Below are positions 47,339 to 57,410 of a stretch of DNA of 64,000 bases, one piece after another. Position numbers and translations under genes: made by a program. Source of the stretch: a bacterium. GTDB taxonomy: Bacteria > Patescibacteriota > Minisyncoccia > Minisyncoccales > UBA10102. The DNA lies in NCBI GenBank assembly GCA_030647485.1, contig JAUSJT010000001.1:76947-140946 (forward strand), given 5' to 3'. The notes under the pieces are model-generated. The model saw nothing but the letters and a program-made list of their open reading frames with translations, did not search any database and was not told the origin of the DNA. Every line of letters starts with the position of its first letter. Position 1 is the stretch's first letter.

Positions 47339-48691
47339 ATGGTATCTCAAATACTTTTTCAATTTGCGGAAAGCTTCTGGGAGATACTCGGATTGATTCT
47401 TGGGCTTGTCCTGCGCTTTACAATAGCATGGTGGTGGCTGTTTTTGCCTTTTATTCTTTTCAGGCCCGCTATTTACTTCTGGATGTGGTGGAGGAATGAG
47501 ATTTTTTCTTCACAGCAACGATATATATATGTGGAACTCAAGATGCCCCAGGACGTGCAAAAGCCAATGAAGGCAATGGAGGACGTGTTCTCGGGCCTAT
47601 GGCAAATGCATGATCCCGCAAACCCAAGGGAAAAGTGGCTGGAGGGGAAGTACCAGCTGAACATATCCATTGAGATTGTCTCGACAGAGGGTGTTGTGCA
47701 TTTTTACATGAGAATCCCAGAGGGAGGCAAGCAGCTGCTGGAAGCGTCTATTTATTCGCATTATCCCACCGCGGAAATCCAGGTTGTGGAAGATTATACA
47801 AAGCAGATCCCCCAGGATATTCCCAATAAAGAATGGGAGCTTTGGGGCACAAGCTATATTCTAGAAAAGCCGAGTCCCTATCCCATTAAGACCTACTCAA
47901 AATTCTTTGAGCCAAGCCCCGAGGGAGAAGAAGAAAGGCGCATTGACCCCATGTCCCATCTTATTGAAGGGCTTTCAACTATTGGGAAAGGGGAGCATCT
48001 TTGGATTCAGCTTATTCTTTGGCCGGTTCTTCACACAGATCCCAATGAAAGCACTCTCGTGCAAGATGGAAACGATATTGTGGCAGAGCTGGTGAGAAGA
48101 AAGGTTCCCGCAAAGCCCGCGGGCGTATTCGGAGGTATTGAAAAAGACTTGGCGGCTGTGGGAACAACTCTTATGACAGGAAGCGTGCCCACGGCTGCTG
48201 AACAGGAACGGGAGATCTTTCCCCCTGAAATGAAGCTTACTCCTGGAGAAAGGGACATAGTGACCGCCATTGAAGAAAAAATAAGCAAGTATGCGTTTAA
48301 GGTTTCAGCGCGATTCATATATATTGCAAAGCGCGAGAATTACTTTGGCCCTGCAAAAGCCCTTCCCATGAGCTATTTTACCCAGTTCAGCACGGCAACA
48401 TACAATAACTTTCGTCCTATGAAAAGGACTCTCACTAAAACATATACCGTATTGACCTGGTTTCTTGATAAAAGGAGCGTCTTTGTGAAAAAGCGCCGCC
48501 TCTTGCGTCACTACTTAATGCATATCCCTCCGTTTTATCCTTACTCACCGCCAGGAGCGCGCTTTTACCTAAATATAGAAGAACTTGCCACTTTATTTCA
48601 TTTCCCAGGCAAAATGGTTGCTCCTTCTGTTTCAGTCCCTCGCGTGGAGTCAAAGAAAGGAGAAGCGCCTCCGGGCTTGCCTACAGAGTAA
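47339..48691 (+). CDS. Conserved membrane protein, partner of VirD4-like ATPase
   Basis: N-terminal TMs; P.AME.VF.GL, SIEIVS.EG.VHFY, YP.AEI, YPIKTY, LNIEELATLFHFP. Confidence 0.65.
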   Translation: MVSQILFQFAESFWEILGLILGLVLRFTIAWWWLFLPFILFRPAIYFWMWWRNEIFSSQQRYIYVELKMPQDVQKPMKAMEDVFSGLWQMHDPANPREKWLEGKYQLNISIEIVSTEGVVHFYMRIPEGGKQLLEASIYSHYPTAEIQVVEDYTKQIPQDIPNKEWELWGTSYILEKPSPYPIKTYSKFFEPSPEGEEERRIDPMSHLIEGLSTIGKGEHLWIQLILWPVLHTDPNESTLVQDGNDIVAELVRRKVPAKPAGVFGGIEKDLAAVGTTLMTGSVPTAAEQEREIFPPEMKLTPGERDIVTAIEEKISKYAFKVSARFIYIAKRENYFGPAKALPMSYFTQFSTATYNNFRPMKRTLTKTYTVLTWFLDKRSVFVKKRRLLRHYLMHIPPFYPYSPPGARFYLNIEELATLFHFPGKMVAPSVSVPRVESKKGEAPPGLPTE

Positions 48692-48697
48692 TTATGT

Positions 48698-50437
48698 ATG
48701 AGCGAAATCAATTTTTTTGGAGTAACAAATTTCAGAAACACCGCGAAGAAGTTTGGGATTAAGTTGGACGACCGGCGCCGCCATTTTTATTCTGTGGGGA
48801 AAACGGGCATGGGCAAGACGGAAATGCTAAAGAACATGGCCATACAGGATATTCAGGGAGGCAACGGCATGGGATTTATAGACCCTCACGGGGAAGCCGC
48901 AGAAGACCTTCTCCATTTTGTTCCTTCCTCAAGGGTTAACGATGTTATCTATTTTAACCCCGCAGACACCGATTATCCCATTGCGTTCAACGTAATGGAA
49001 AAGGTGGATCCTGAACACCGCCACCTGGTTGCTTCGGGGTTAATGTCCGTATTCAAGAAGGTATGGCCTGATGTGTGGTCTGCCCGCATGGAATACATTT
49101 TGAATAATGCGATTTTAGCTTTATTGGAATATCCCGGGTCTACCTTGTTGGGCATTAACCGCATGCTTTCTGACGTGGCATACCGGGCAAAAGTGGTAGA
49201 AAAGATTTCAGATCCCGTGGTAAAGGCGTTCTGGACCCAAGAGTATGCCAGGTATACCCAGAGATACGAAGTGGAAGCAACCGCGGCCATTCAAAACAAG
49301 GTTGGCCAGTTTATCTCCAATCCTCTCATACGCAATATCGTGGGGCAGACCAAGTCTTCTATTGATATGCGCGAGGTCATGGACGGGGGAAAGATCTTAA
49401 TTCTCAACTTGGCAAAAGGAAGAATAGGGGAGGATAACTCGCGTTTGCTTGGCGCTATGCTGGTCACCAAATTGCAGCTGGCTGCCATGTCACGCGTTGA
49501 CATCCCAGAGGAAGAAAGAAGAGATTTCTTTCTATACATAGACGAGTTTCAAAACTTTGCTTCAGATTCCTTTGTGAACATTTTGTCTGAAGCGAGAAAG
49601 TATCGCCTAGCTCTCATATTGAGCCATCAGTATGTGGCTCAATTGGGGATAGGGGTAGAAACAAAAGTGAAAGATGCCGTTTTTGGAAACGTAGGCACCA
49701 TGGTTATATTCCGCGTAGGGGCAGAAGATGCGGAATTTCTTGAACTGGAATTTACCCCAGATTTTATTGCCGAAGATTTTGTGAATCTGGGAAAGTACAA
49801 CATCTACGTGAAGCTTATGATAGACGGTATTGCAGGGCGCCCCTTTTCTGCGCTGACCCTTCCTCCCATTGTATTCCCATACGAGAATCCTGAAGATTCT
49901 CCGAAAGAAACCATTATCAAGGTTTCGCGAGAGCGGTATAGCATGCCCCGCGCGTTCGTGGAAGACAAGATTGCAGTATGGACTGAAGCTGATCAGCCAG
50001 CAACTCCGGGGCAGGCAGGGTCACGGGCAGTTTCGCCCCAGGCGCAAACCCAGACGCTTTATGACGCCAGATGCTCTAGTTGCGGGAAGGATACCAAGGT
50101 GGTGTTTCCTCCAGACGGGAAGCGCCCCGTATACTGCAAGTCGTGCAGAACTAAGTTAAAAAATGCGAACCCGGCTCCGATTGCGCCCAAAGAAGCTCCG
50201 CAGCAAAAACAGGAGGTTATTTCTGCTCCTACTATTGTAGCGAAAGAGATTTCTTTGAAAGAAGCGTTGGAAAAAGGGCCTACCCTTTTTTATCATGCCA
50301 ACAGGAATAAACAGGGAGAGGTCAAAAGAATAGAAGTAGATAAAGAAGCGCTCAAGAAGGCGCTCGGAAAGGCGCTCGGAGAAAACAATAAAACAAAGAA
50401 AGGGCAGCTTCATCCCGGAGAAACAGTGTACTTTTAA
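48698..50437 (+). CDS. VirD4/TraD/HerA-like ATPase (type IV coupling-protein-like) with CxxC-x17-CxxC domain
   Basis: DRRRHFY.VGKTGMGKT, IDPHGE, LYIDEFQNF, SEARKY, HQY..QL, GNVGT; CSSC..PPDGKRPVYCKSC. Confidence 0.85.
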   Translation: MSEINFFGVTNFRNTAKKFGIKLDDRRRHFYSVGKTGMGKTEMLKNMAIQDIQGGNGMGFIDPHGEAAEDLLHFVPSSRVNDVIYFNPADTDYPIAFNVMEKVDPEHRHLVASGLMSVFKKVWPDVWSARMEYILNNAILALLEYPGSTLLGINRMLSDVAYRAKVVEKISDPVVKAFWTQEYARYTQRYEVEATAAIQNKVGQFISNPLIRNIVGQTKSSIDMREVMDGGKILILNLAKGRIGEDNSRLLGAMLVTKLQLAAMSRVDIPEEERRDFFLYIDEFQNFASDSFVNILSEARKYRLALILSHQYVAQLGIGVETKVKDAVFGNVGTMVIFRVGAEDAEFLELEFTPDFIAEDFVNLGKYNIYVKLMIDGIAGRPFSALTLPPIVFPYENPEDSPKETIIKVSRERYSMPRAFVEDKIAVWTEADQPATPGQAGSRAVSPQAQTQTLYDARCSSCGKDTKVVFPPDGKRPVYCKSCRTKLKNANPAPIAPKEAPQQKQEVISAPTIVAKEISLKEALEKGPTLFYHANRNKQGEVKRIEVDKEALKKALGKALGENNKTKKGQLHPGETVYF

Positions 50438-51507
50438 TGTCTATGAAAAGCATACGAGATGCAACGATTGCGGGACTGCGCGTTCTCATGAGGTGTGATT
50501 TTAACGTACCCCTTGATAAAGAGGGTGGCGTTACTGATGATTTTAGGATTCGTTCGACTCTTCCTACTATAGAATACATTCTTGGGAAAAAGGGGAAGTT
50601 GGTGTTGATGACCCATTTGGGAGACCCTGACGGAAAACCAACGAAGGCTCTTTCGGTTGAGAGAATCCGTAAAAAGTTAGCTGAGCTTCTTGACACCCCG
50701 GTTGCAAGTGCGCAAGACTGCGTGGGAAAGACGATTGAGGAATCTACCCGTAGAATGAAGCCAGGAGACGTACTGCTTTTAGAGAACGTACGGTTCCACA
50801 AAGAGGAGGAGGAAAACAACAAGGAATTTGCACAAAAACTTGCTGCTCTAGGGGATATGTATGTGAATGACGCATTCTCGGTATGCCATAGGCCTCATGC
50901 CTCGGTGGTAGGGGTTCCCTTGCTACTCCCTGCATACGCTGGATTTTTCTTGGAACTTGAACTCCAGGGGTTGGAGCGCCTTCTTCTGAATCCTGCCCAC
51001 CCAGTTGTTGCTGTCATAGGCGGGAAGAAAATTGAGAGCAAACTGCCCGTTATTGATCGTATCTCAAAGACGGCAGATGCGGTATTACTTGGGAATATTC
51101 TTGCAAACGAAGCCAAGAGCAAAAAGGTAAAGTTCAAAAACTCGTCCAAGATTTTTATGCCCTTAGACGGGATTCCGGGTCAAGGCAAGGAATTTGATAT
51201 CGGCCCCAAAACCAAGGCGTTGTATGTAAAAATATTGAAAAATGCTAAAACCGTATTCTGGGCAGGTCCCCTGGGCAAATATGAAGATGCAAGATATGAG
51301 GAGGGATCCCTTGCGGTTGCAAAAGCCATTATCAAAAGCAACGCATATTCTATTGCGGGAGGAGGAAACCTTTTGGCATTCTTAGGGAAGCATCGCCTCC
51401 GAGAGAAGTTCTCCCATGTTTCTACCGGAGGAAGCGCAATGCTTGAGTTTCTTTCAGGGAAAAAGCTCCCTGGGTTGGAGGCCTTGAATTATTATGCTGG
51501 AAATTAA
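50437..51507 (+). CDS. pgk: Phosphoglycerate kinase
   Basis: RCDFNVP, THLGDP, LLENVRF, VNDAFSVCHRPHAS, DIGPKT, HVSTGGSAMLEFL. Confidence 0.95.
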   Translation: MSMKSIRDATIAGLRVLMRCDFNVPLDKEGGVTDDFRIRSTLPTIEYILGKKGKLVLMTHLGDPDGKPTKALSVERIRKKLAELLDTPVASAQDCVGKTIEESTRRMKPGDVLLLENVRFHKEEEENNKEFAQKLAALGDMYVNDAFSVCHRPHASVVGVPLLLPAYAGFFLELELQGLERLLLNPAHPVVAVIGGKKIESKLPVIDRISKTADAVLLGNILANEAKSKKVKFKNSSKIFMPLDGIPGQGKEFDIGPKTKALYVKILKNAKTVFWAGPLGKYEDARYEEGSLAVAKAIIKSNAYSIAGGGNLLAFLGKHRLREKFSHVSTGGSAMLEFLSGKKLPGLEALNYYAGN

Positions 51508-52660
51508 AAACCTCAAAAAAGCAGCGCAGAGAATCAAGAAAGCTGTTCAAGACAAAGAACGCATTATTCTCTATGGAGATTCGGATCTTGACGGAGTGTG
51601 TTCAGTTATCATTCTCCAAGAAACTCTTTTGAGTTTGGGCGGCAACATTTGCGCATTATATTTCCCAGACAGAGAACAAGAGGGGTACGGAATTACCAAG
51701 ACAGCCCTTGGGCGCTTGGAGTCTTATGCTCCAGGACTCTTAATTTCCATGGATTTGGGCATAACGAACTTTGAAGAGATACGACAAGCTCGAGCCATGG
51801 GATTTGAGGTTATTCTCGTGGACCATCATGAGATTTTAGATGCTTTGCCCGAGGCCGATATTATCGTAGATCCAAAACAACCGGGAGAAACATATCCCTT
51901 TCACGGATTTGCAGCATGCGGTCTCACTCTGCGTCTGGCGTTAACGCTGCTGGAAAAGAAAGCTTCTTTGGCCTTGATATCTGGCTTGAAAGAACTGGCT
52001 GCTTTGGCTACTGTTGCGGATATGATGCCAAGGAAAGAAGACAATCTCCAGATTATCCAAGAGGGATTATCGTCAATGGGTAGCTCTTGGAGACCTGGCA
52101 TCAAAGCTTTTGAACAATTTGAAGAGTTCAGAAGAATAGAAAGCGTTGAGGTGCGGATTACCCAGATGATTGCTCTCTTAAATGTGCGAGATGTGGAGTA
52201 CGGGATTCCGGCAGCCTACAGGGTGCTAGCTGCCAAGACAGAACAGGAGGCCGTTGAACTGCTGCGTGTTCTCCAGGAAAAGCATAAAATACGCAAAGAT
52301 AACATCCGTCTGTACGCAGAGAGGGTGCGCTCATCTTTAGCCAGGGCGCCCCGGCCTGTTGTGATTTTTGAAGGAGACGAATCTTTTGACTATATTCTTT
52401 TAGGATCTGTCGCCTCCATTATTTCACAGGAGTATAATGTACCCGCTTTCATCTATAAAAAAAAGGAGTTAGAGAGTATAGGAAGTGTGCGAGCCCCGTC
52501 CGGGTATGATACGGTACAAGCAATGAAGGTATGCGCGCCATTACTGTCAACATATGGAGGGCATGCCCAGGCTTCAGGATTTAGGCTGCGAAATGAGAAC
52601 CTAGAAAAGTTCAAAGATTGTCTTGTCGATCATTTTACAAATAACAGTCGAACTATCTGA
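51494..52660 (+). CDS. recJ: RecJ-like DHH/DHHA1 single-stranded DNA exonuclease
   Basis: YGDSDLDG, PDREQEGYG, DHH, ATVADMM, GSVR, YGGHAQASG. Confidence 0.8.
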   Translation: MLEIKNLKKAAQRIKKAVQDKERIILYGDSDLDGVCSVIILQETLLSLGGNICALYFPDREQEGYGITKTALGRLESYAPGLLISMDLGITNFEEIRQARAMGFEVILVDHHEILDALPEADIIVDPKQPGETYPFHGFAACGLTLRLALTLLEKKASLALISGLKELAALATVADMMPRKEDNLQIIQEGLSSMGSSWRPGIKAFEQFEEFRRIESVEVRITQMIALLNVRDVEYGIPAAYRVLAAKTEQEAVELLRVLQEKHKIRKDNIRLYAERVRSSLARAPRPVVIFEGDESFDYILLGSVASIISQEYNVPAFIYKKKELESIGSVRAPSGYDTVQAMKVCAPLLSTYGGHAQASGFRLRNENLEKFKDCLVDHFTNNSRTI

Positions 52661-52666
52661 TTTTCT

Positions 52667-53107
52667 ATGCAAAAGTTTATTGTACATACAGACGGGGGTT
52701 CCAGGTCAAACCCGGGGCCCGCTGCCATAGGGGTTGTTATCTCAAACGAAAAAGGGCAGAAGCTCAAGGAATTTGGAGAATATCTTGGGACGGCAACGAA
52801 TAACGAGGCAGAATACAAGGCCGCCATCTTTGCGTTAAAGAAAATCAAAAGCCTGTGGGGCAAGGAGAATGCAAAGAAATCAGAGGTAGATATGTTTGCT
52901 GATTCTGAATTGTTAGTAAGGCAGATGAAAGGGGAGTACAAGATTGAGAACGCAAAAATACAACCCTTGTTCTTGGAGCTGTGGAACCTTCTCATCGATT
53001 TTAAAAAGGTGCGGTTCTCCTCGATTCCCCGGGAACGTAACAAAGAGGCAGATCGTCTGGTGAATGAGTCGCTAGACAGCCAATCAACCAAGAGACAACT
53101 TTTTTAA
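52667..53107 (+). CDS. rnhA: Ribonuclease HI (archaeal-like subtype)
   Basis: TDGGSRSNPGPAAIG, TNNEAEY, DSELLVRQM.GEY, PRERNKEAD. Confidence 0.9.
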   Translation: MQKFIVHTDGGSRSNPGPAAIGVVISNEKGQKLKEFGEYLGTATNNEAEYKAAIFALKKIKSLWGKENAKKSEVDMFADSELLVRQMKGEYKIENAKIQPLFLELWNLLIDFKKVRFSSIPRERNKEADRLVNESLDSQSTKRQLF

Positions 53108-53169
53108 CATTTATGCAGTCTGCCTGTGAGCTATTGACAACACATATGGATTGTATATAGTAGATGTGT

Positions 53170-53454
53170 ATGAAGTATTTTGACTGGGACTTTCAGAAAG
53201 ATGAGCAGTTAAAGCGGGAAAGAGATATTAGTTTTGAGGATATATTGATAGCAATTGATGGGGGTAACCTTTTAGATGTTATTGAACACCCAAATAAAAA
53301 GAAATATCCTAATCAGGAGTTGTTTGTGGTTGACATAAATGATTATGCGTATCTAGTTCCTTTTGCTGAAGACGAAGAGAAGTACTTCTTAAAAACAATA
53401 TTTCCAAGCAGAAAGATGACTCAAAAATACATAATTAATAAAAAGAAGATATGA
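53170..53454 (+). CDS. BrnT-like (DUF497-type) toxin
   Basis: FDWD..K...LKRERDISFE..HPN..KYPNQ..Y.YLVPF..FLKTIFPSRK; TTGACA promoter upstream. Confidence 0.75.
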   Translation: MKYFDWDFQKDEQLKRERDISFEDILIAIDGGNLLDVIEHPNKKKYPNQELFVVDINDYAYLVPFAEDEEKYFLKTIFPSRKMTQKYIINKKKI

Positions 53455-53714
53455 AATATTTTGAATTAACTAAGGAAGAACAGAAAATCCTGAAAACCGT
53501 TGAAGCAGGAGAATTTAAGTCTGTTCGTAATCTAAAGCAAGCAAAAAAGAACGCTGTGTATGCTGCTAGAAATACTCTAAGCAAGACCCGCAATATCAAC
53601 ATCCGTCTTTCAGACAGAGCCCTGCAAAAAATTAAGGCTTTGGCGGCACAGAAAGGATTGCCCTACCAAACCCTTATTAGCTCATTGCTACATCAGTATT
53701 CTCGTTCAAGTTAA
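53451..53714 (+). CDS. CopG/BrnA-like RHH antitoxin
   Basis: INIRLS..L.KIK..A...GLPYQTLISSLLHQY; ATGA overlap with toxin. Confidence 0.8.
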   Translation: MKYFELTKEEQKILKTVEAGEFKSVRNLKQAKKNAVYAARNTLSKTRNINIRLSDRALQKIKALAAQKGLPYQTLISSLLHQYSRSS

Positions 53715-53729
53715 AAATAGACAGAAAAG

Positions 53730-53757
53730 AAAAAGCCCACGAACCGTGGGTTTTTTC
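53730..53757. terminator. Bidirectional terminator between TA operon and rnpB
   Basis: AAAAAGCCCACG-AAC-CGTGGGTTTTTT. Confidence 0.75.
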
Positions 53758-53759
53758 TT

Positions 53760-54075
53760 GCCGCAGCAAGCCGATAAGCCGAATTCTGTCGTGGGAGATC
53801 ATCTATCTGTTCCGCAGATTACTCTGCGGAATCAAGCGAGTTACTTTTCACCAAGACTCTACATGAATGCAGATTCCTGGGTTTACTCTTGCGCCCTATA
53901 GGGATTTAGCCGTTTCACTTCCGCCACATTGGCGGACATCGTCACTGTTCGCACCCCGAGGATTGCTCCTGCCGGGCATTACCCGGAATAGTTTATCCCT
54001 CACCATAATTTGGTTCGGGAGGGTGTTCGGACTTTCCTCTCGCCTAAGGCGAGCGATCTCCTAGCTTGCTGCGGC
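53760..54075 (-). ncRNA. rnpB: RNase P RNA
   Basis: Minus strand has GAGGAAAGTCCGAAC near 5' end and ACAGAATTCGGCTTAT near 3' end; 12 bp P1 helix GCCGCAGCAAGC/GCTTGCTGCGGC. Confidence 0.95.
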
Positions 54076-54139
54076 ATATATATTGTACTGAAGCCATAGA
54101 ACTTTGTCAAATAGAGAAATTCATGTACAATAGAGAATT

Positions 54140-55510
54140 ATGCTTGGCGGATTTCTTAATGGTACAACAAAGACGGTATCAGGGGCGGCCATTATTCTTG
54201 CCTTGTCCTTTCTTTTTAGTAGGATACTGGGTATTGTCCGAGACCGCATGCTCACAGGAACATTTGGAGCAGGGAAAGATTTGGACGCATACATGGCCGC
54301 CTTTCGCATACCGGATTTTCTGTATGCGTTTTTGGTTATTTGGGGGTTGAGCGCGGTGTTTCTGCCCTTGTTTTCTGAATACATGGCGCAAGACAAAGAG
54401 AAGGCATGGCGGTTTGTGAATAATATGATGGGCATGTATGCTTTGTTTTTGGGAGTAGGGTCGCTTTTTGCAGCTCTCTTCATGCGCCAGCTTATTGCTT
54501 TTGTGACGCCCGGGTTTGAAGGCGCCCAGCTTGAAACAGCAGTTTTACTTTCCCGTCTCATGCTTATAGGCCCTCTCTTTTTTGCATTCTCTGCGATTAC
54601 ATCAGGCGTGCTCCAATATTTCCAGAAGTTTGTTGCCTATGCGCTTGCCCCTGTTGTGTATAATCTTTCTATCATTGCAGGAATAGTGTTTTTAGCTCCC
54701 TCTTTTGGGGTGTTTGGAGTTGCCATGGGAGTAGTTATTGGGGCCTTGCTCCATTTTTTTATTCAGGTTCCTACCCTTCTTGCCACAGGATTTTCTTTTC
54801 GCCTAGGTTTTTCTTTTGCTGATCCCCAAGTACGCAAGGCCTTGCTTTTATCTATTCCAAGAACCGTGGCCGGGGTTGCGCACCAGCTTAACATTATCAT
54901 CATGGTGGCGTTCGCCTCTTTTCTTTCCGTTGGCAGCATCACTATATTTACCATTGCAGAGCACATGTACTATTTCCCCGTTGGAGTGATTGGAGTTTCT
55001 CTGGCTACTGCTGCCTTTCCGTTGCTTTCTAAGGCAGGAGCAGCAATGGATATGAAGAGTTTCTCTTTAACGCTTTTTTCATCGCTCTGGCGCGTTACAG
55101 GCGCTGCTCTGCTCGCTGCGCTGTTGCTGTTTCTTTTGCGAGAGCCGCTTTTCCGCATCTTGTATCTTTCCGGAGGGTTTACCACAGAGAATGTTAAACT
55201 TGCCGCGGCTGTTTTTGGGGTGTTTACCCTGGGCATTGTGTTTCAGTCTGTTATTCCCTTGTTGGTGCGAGCATTCTTTGCTCTGCAAAATACTATAGCG
55301 CCAACAGTAGCAAGCGTAAGTTCTGTTTTATTTAATATTGTTTTAGCATACGTATTTTTGCAGCTTGGATGGGGCATTTTTGCCTTGCCCTGGGCGCTGG
55401 TGATATCTGGAGTATTCCAATGCCTATTGCTTTCTTTATTGTTGTTTATTGTTTTGAAACGGAACCATGTCCCGCTTCGCGGGATCTCGCATAGCGAGAC
55501 AAAACCATGA
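54140..55510 (+). CDS. murJ: Lipid II flippase MurJ (MviN)
   Basis: SRILGIVRD..FGAG..LDAY.AAFRIPD, AVFLP, multiple TM helices, RAFFALQNT..P. Confidence 0.92.
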   Translation: MLGGFLNGTTKTVSGAAIILALSFLFSRILGIVRDRMLTGTFGAGKDLDAYMAAFRIPDFLYAFLVIWGLSAVFLPLFSEYMAQDKEKAWRFVNNMMGMYALFLGVGSLFAALFMRQLIAFVTPGFEGAQLETAVLLSRLMLIGPLFFAFSAITSGVLQYFQKFVAYALAPVVYNLSIIAGIVFLAPSFGVFGVAMGVVIGALLHFFIQVPTLLATGFSFRLGFSFADPQVRKALLLSIPRTVAGVAHQLNIIIMVAFASFLSVGSITIFTIAEHMYYFPVGVIGVSLATAAFPLLSKAGAAMDMKSFSLTLFSSLWRVTGAALLAALLLFLLREPLFRILYLSGGFTTENVKLAAAVFGVFTLGIVFQSVIPLLVRAFFALQNTIAPTVASVSSVLFNIVLAYVFLQLGWGIFALPWALVISGVFQCLLLSLLLFIVLKRNHVPLRGISHSETKP

Positions 55511-57285
55511 GTAATATTAGAAACTTTTGTATCATAGCTCACATTGACCATGGAAAGTCTACCCTAGCTGACCGGTTTTTGGAACTGACGGGAACCGTGG
55601 AGCGAAGAAAAATGAAAGAGCAGTTTTTAGACCAAATGGATTTGGAGCGTGAAAAGGGCATTACCATTAAAATGCAGCCCGTGCGCATGCGCTACACAAA
55701 AGACGGGCAAGAATACATATTGAACTTAATTGATACTCCGGGGCATGCGGATTTTTCATATGAAGTTTCCAGGTCCTTGGCTGCGGTGGAGGGAGCTATT
55801 TTGCTGGTAGACGCGACCAAGGGGGTACAGGCGCAAACCCTGGCGCATTTGAATCATGCTAAAGCGCAGGGCCTCGCCATCATTCCTTGCATTAACAAGA
55901 TCGATTCTCCTTTGGCAAGAATTGAAGAGGTTGCGAAGGAAATTATGAAATTGCTTTCTATAACCCAGGAAGAGATTTTTCGCATTTCCGCGAAAGAAGG
56001 TATCGGTATTAAGGAAGTGCTTCATGCTGTCATTGATACGGTGCCCGCTCCAAGAGGGGAGGAATCAAAACCGTTTCGCGCGCTTATCTTTGACTCAAGA
56101 TTTGATGCCTTCAAGGGTATTGTTGCGTTTGTGCGAGTGGTGGATGGGTCTTTGTTACCCCATGAGAAAATCTTGCTTCTTGGGACCGATGTGGAAAGTT
56201 TAGTGAAGGAAGTCGGATCTTTTTCTCCCGCAGAGACGCTTGAAGAATCTTTGCATGCAGGAGAAATTGGGTATATTGCGACCGGAATCAAAGAGCCTGC
56301 AAGAGTGAGGATTGGGGACACAATATCTAAGGGAAAGAACGTGGAAATACTCACGGGATTTCAGATTCCAAAGCCCGTGGTATTCGTAAGTTTGTATCCA
56401 CAGGATCCTAATGAATTTGATGCGTTGCAAGACGCTCTTTCTAAGTTGAAGCTTAATGATCCAGCTTTGTCGTATGCGATAGAATCAAAAGAAGCATTGG
56501 GCAGGGGATTTCGGTGTGGGTTTCTTGGGGTATTGCATTCTGAAATCATTTCAGAGCGCATAGAGAGAGAATACAAAATCCAAATGGTTATTTCCCGTCC
56601 TTCTGTAGAATTCTCCATAGTTGCAAACAACGGAAAAGTGCTCTCTGTGAAAGTTCCATCAGATTGGCCAGAACCTAATATGATCAAATCTATGGAGGAA
56701 TCTTGGGCCGAGGTGGAGGTTATCACTCCTGGAACGTTTCTTTCCGCGACCTTGCAGTTTCTCCGAGGATTTGAGGGGAGCAAGTCTGAAGTGGAAGATT
56801 TGGGAGAGGAGAAGTTCCTCCTCCGATATGAGATGCCGCTTCGTGAGCTTATTGGGGACTTTCATGATAAGTTAAAAAGCGTGACGCAGGGTATGGCGTC
56901 TATGGATTACAGAATTTTGGGGATGAGACCGGCTAACTTGGTAAAGCTTGAATTCCGCATTGCAGGAGCTATAGAAGAAGCGCTTTCTATGGTGGTTCCA
57001 GAGTCCCGCGCGTACCAAGAGGGAAAGAAAGTTGTAGAGAAGCTCAAAGAGGTTCTTGGACCACAGCTCTTTGAAGTTGCCCTTCAGGCTACGGTGGGAT
57101 CTAAAATTCTTGCAAGGGAAACAATCAGCGCGAGAAGAAAGGATGTGACAGCTCCTCTATACGGAGGAGACGTGACAAGAAAAAATAAATTACTGGAGAT
57201 TCAGAAGAAAGGCAAGAAAGAGTTAAAAGCAAAAGGGCGGGTTGTGATTCCTACCCGCGTATTCTTGGATTTATTCCGCACGTGA
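55507..57285 (+). CDS. lepA: Elongation factor 4
   Basis: IRNFCIIAHIDHGKSTLAD, LIDTPGH, GFRCGFLG.LH, LYGGDVTRK.KLL..QKKGK. Confidence 0.96.
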   Translation: MSNIRNFCIIAHIDHGKSTLADRFLELTGTVERRKMKEQFLDQMDLEREKGITIKMQPVRMRYTKDGQEYILNLIDTPGHADFSYEVSRSLAAVEGAILLVDATKGVQAQTLAHLNHAKAQGLAIIPCINKIDSPLARIEEVAKEIMKLLSITQEEIFRISAKEGIGIKEVLHAVIDTVPAPRGEESKPFRALIFDSRFDAFKGIVAFVRVVDGSLLPHEKILLLGTDVESLVKEVGSFSPAETLEESLHAGEIGYIATGIKEPARVRIGDTISKGKNVEILTGFQIPKPVVFVSLYPQDPNEFDALQDALSKLKLNDPALSYAIESKEALGRGFRCGFLGVLHSEIISERIEREYKIQMVISRPSVEFSIVANNGKVLSVKVPSDWPEPNMIKSMEESWAEVEVITPGTFLSATLQFLRGFEGSKSEVEDLGEEKFLLRYEMPLRELIGDFHDKLKSVTQGMASMDYRILGMRPANLVKLEFRIAGAIEEALSMVVPESRAYQEGKKVVEKLKEVLGPQLFEVALQATVGSKILARETISARRKDVTAPLYGGDVTRKNKLLEIQKKGKKELKAKGRVVIPTRVFLDLFRT

Positions 57286-57410
57286 TGTCTCCTTGAAAAG
57301 GAAGGAGATTTCCCCTAGAATAGAGGGGCTAAGAGAAAAAGCACGGTGCTTAGAGCTACCATGGATACTACAAGTATCCAGGTGGCGCGCATAACTGTTT
57401 TGAGTTTCAT

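Noticed and set aside
53867..54064. 65-aa + strand ORF
   Set aside because: Lies antisense within the RNase P RNA gene.
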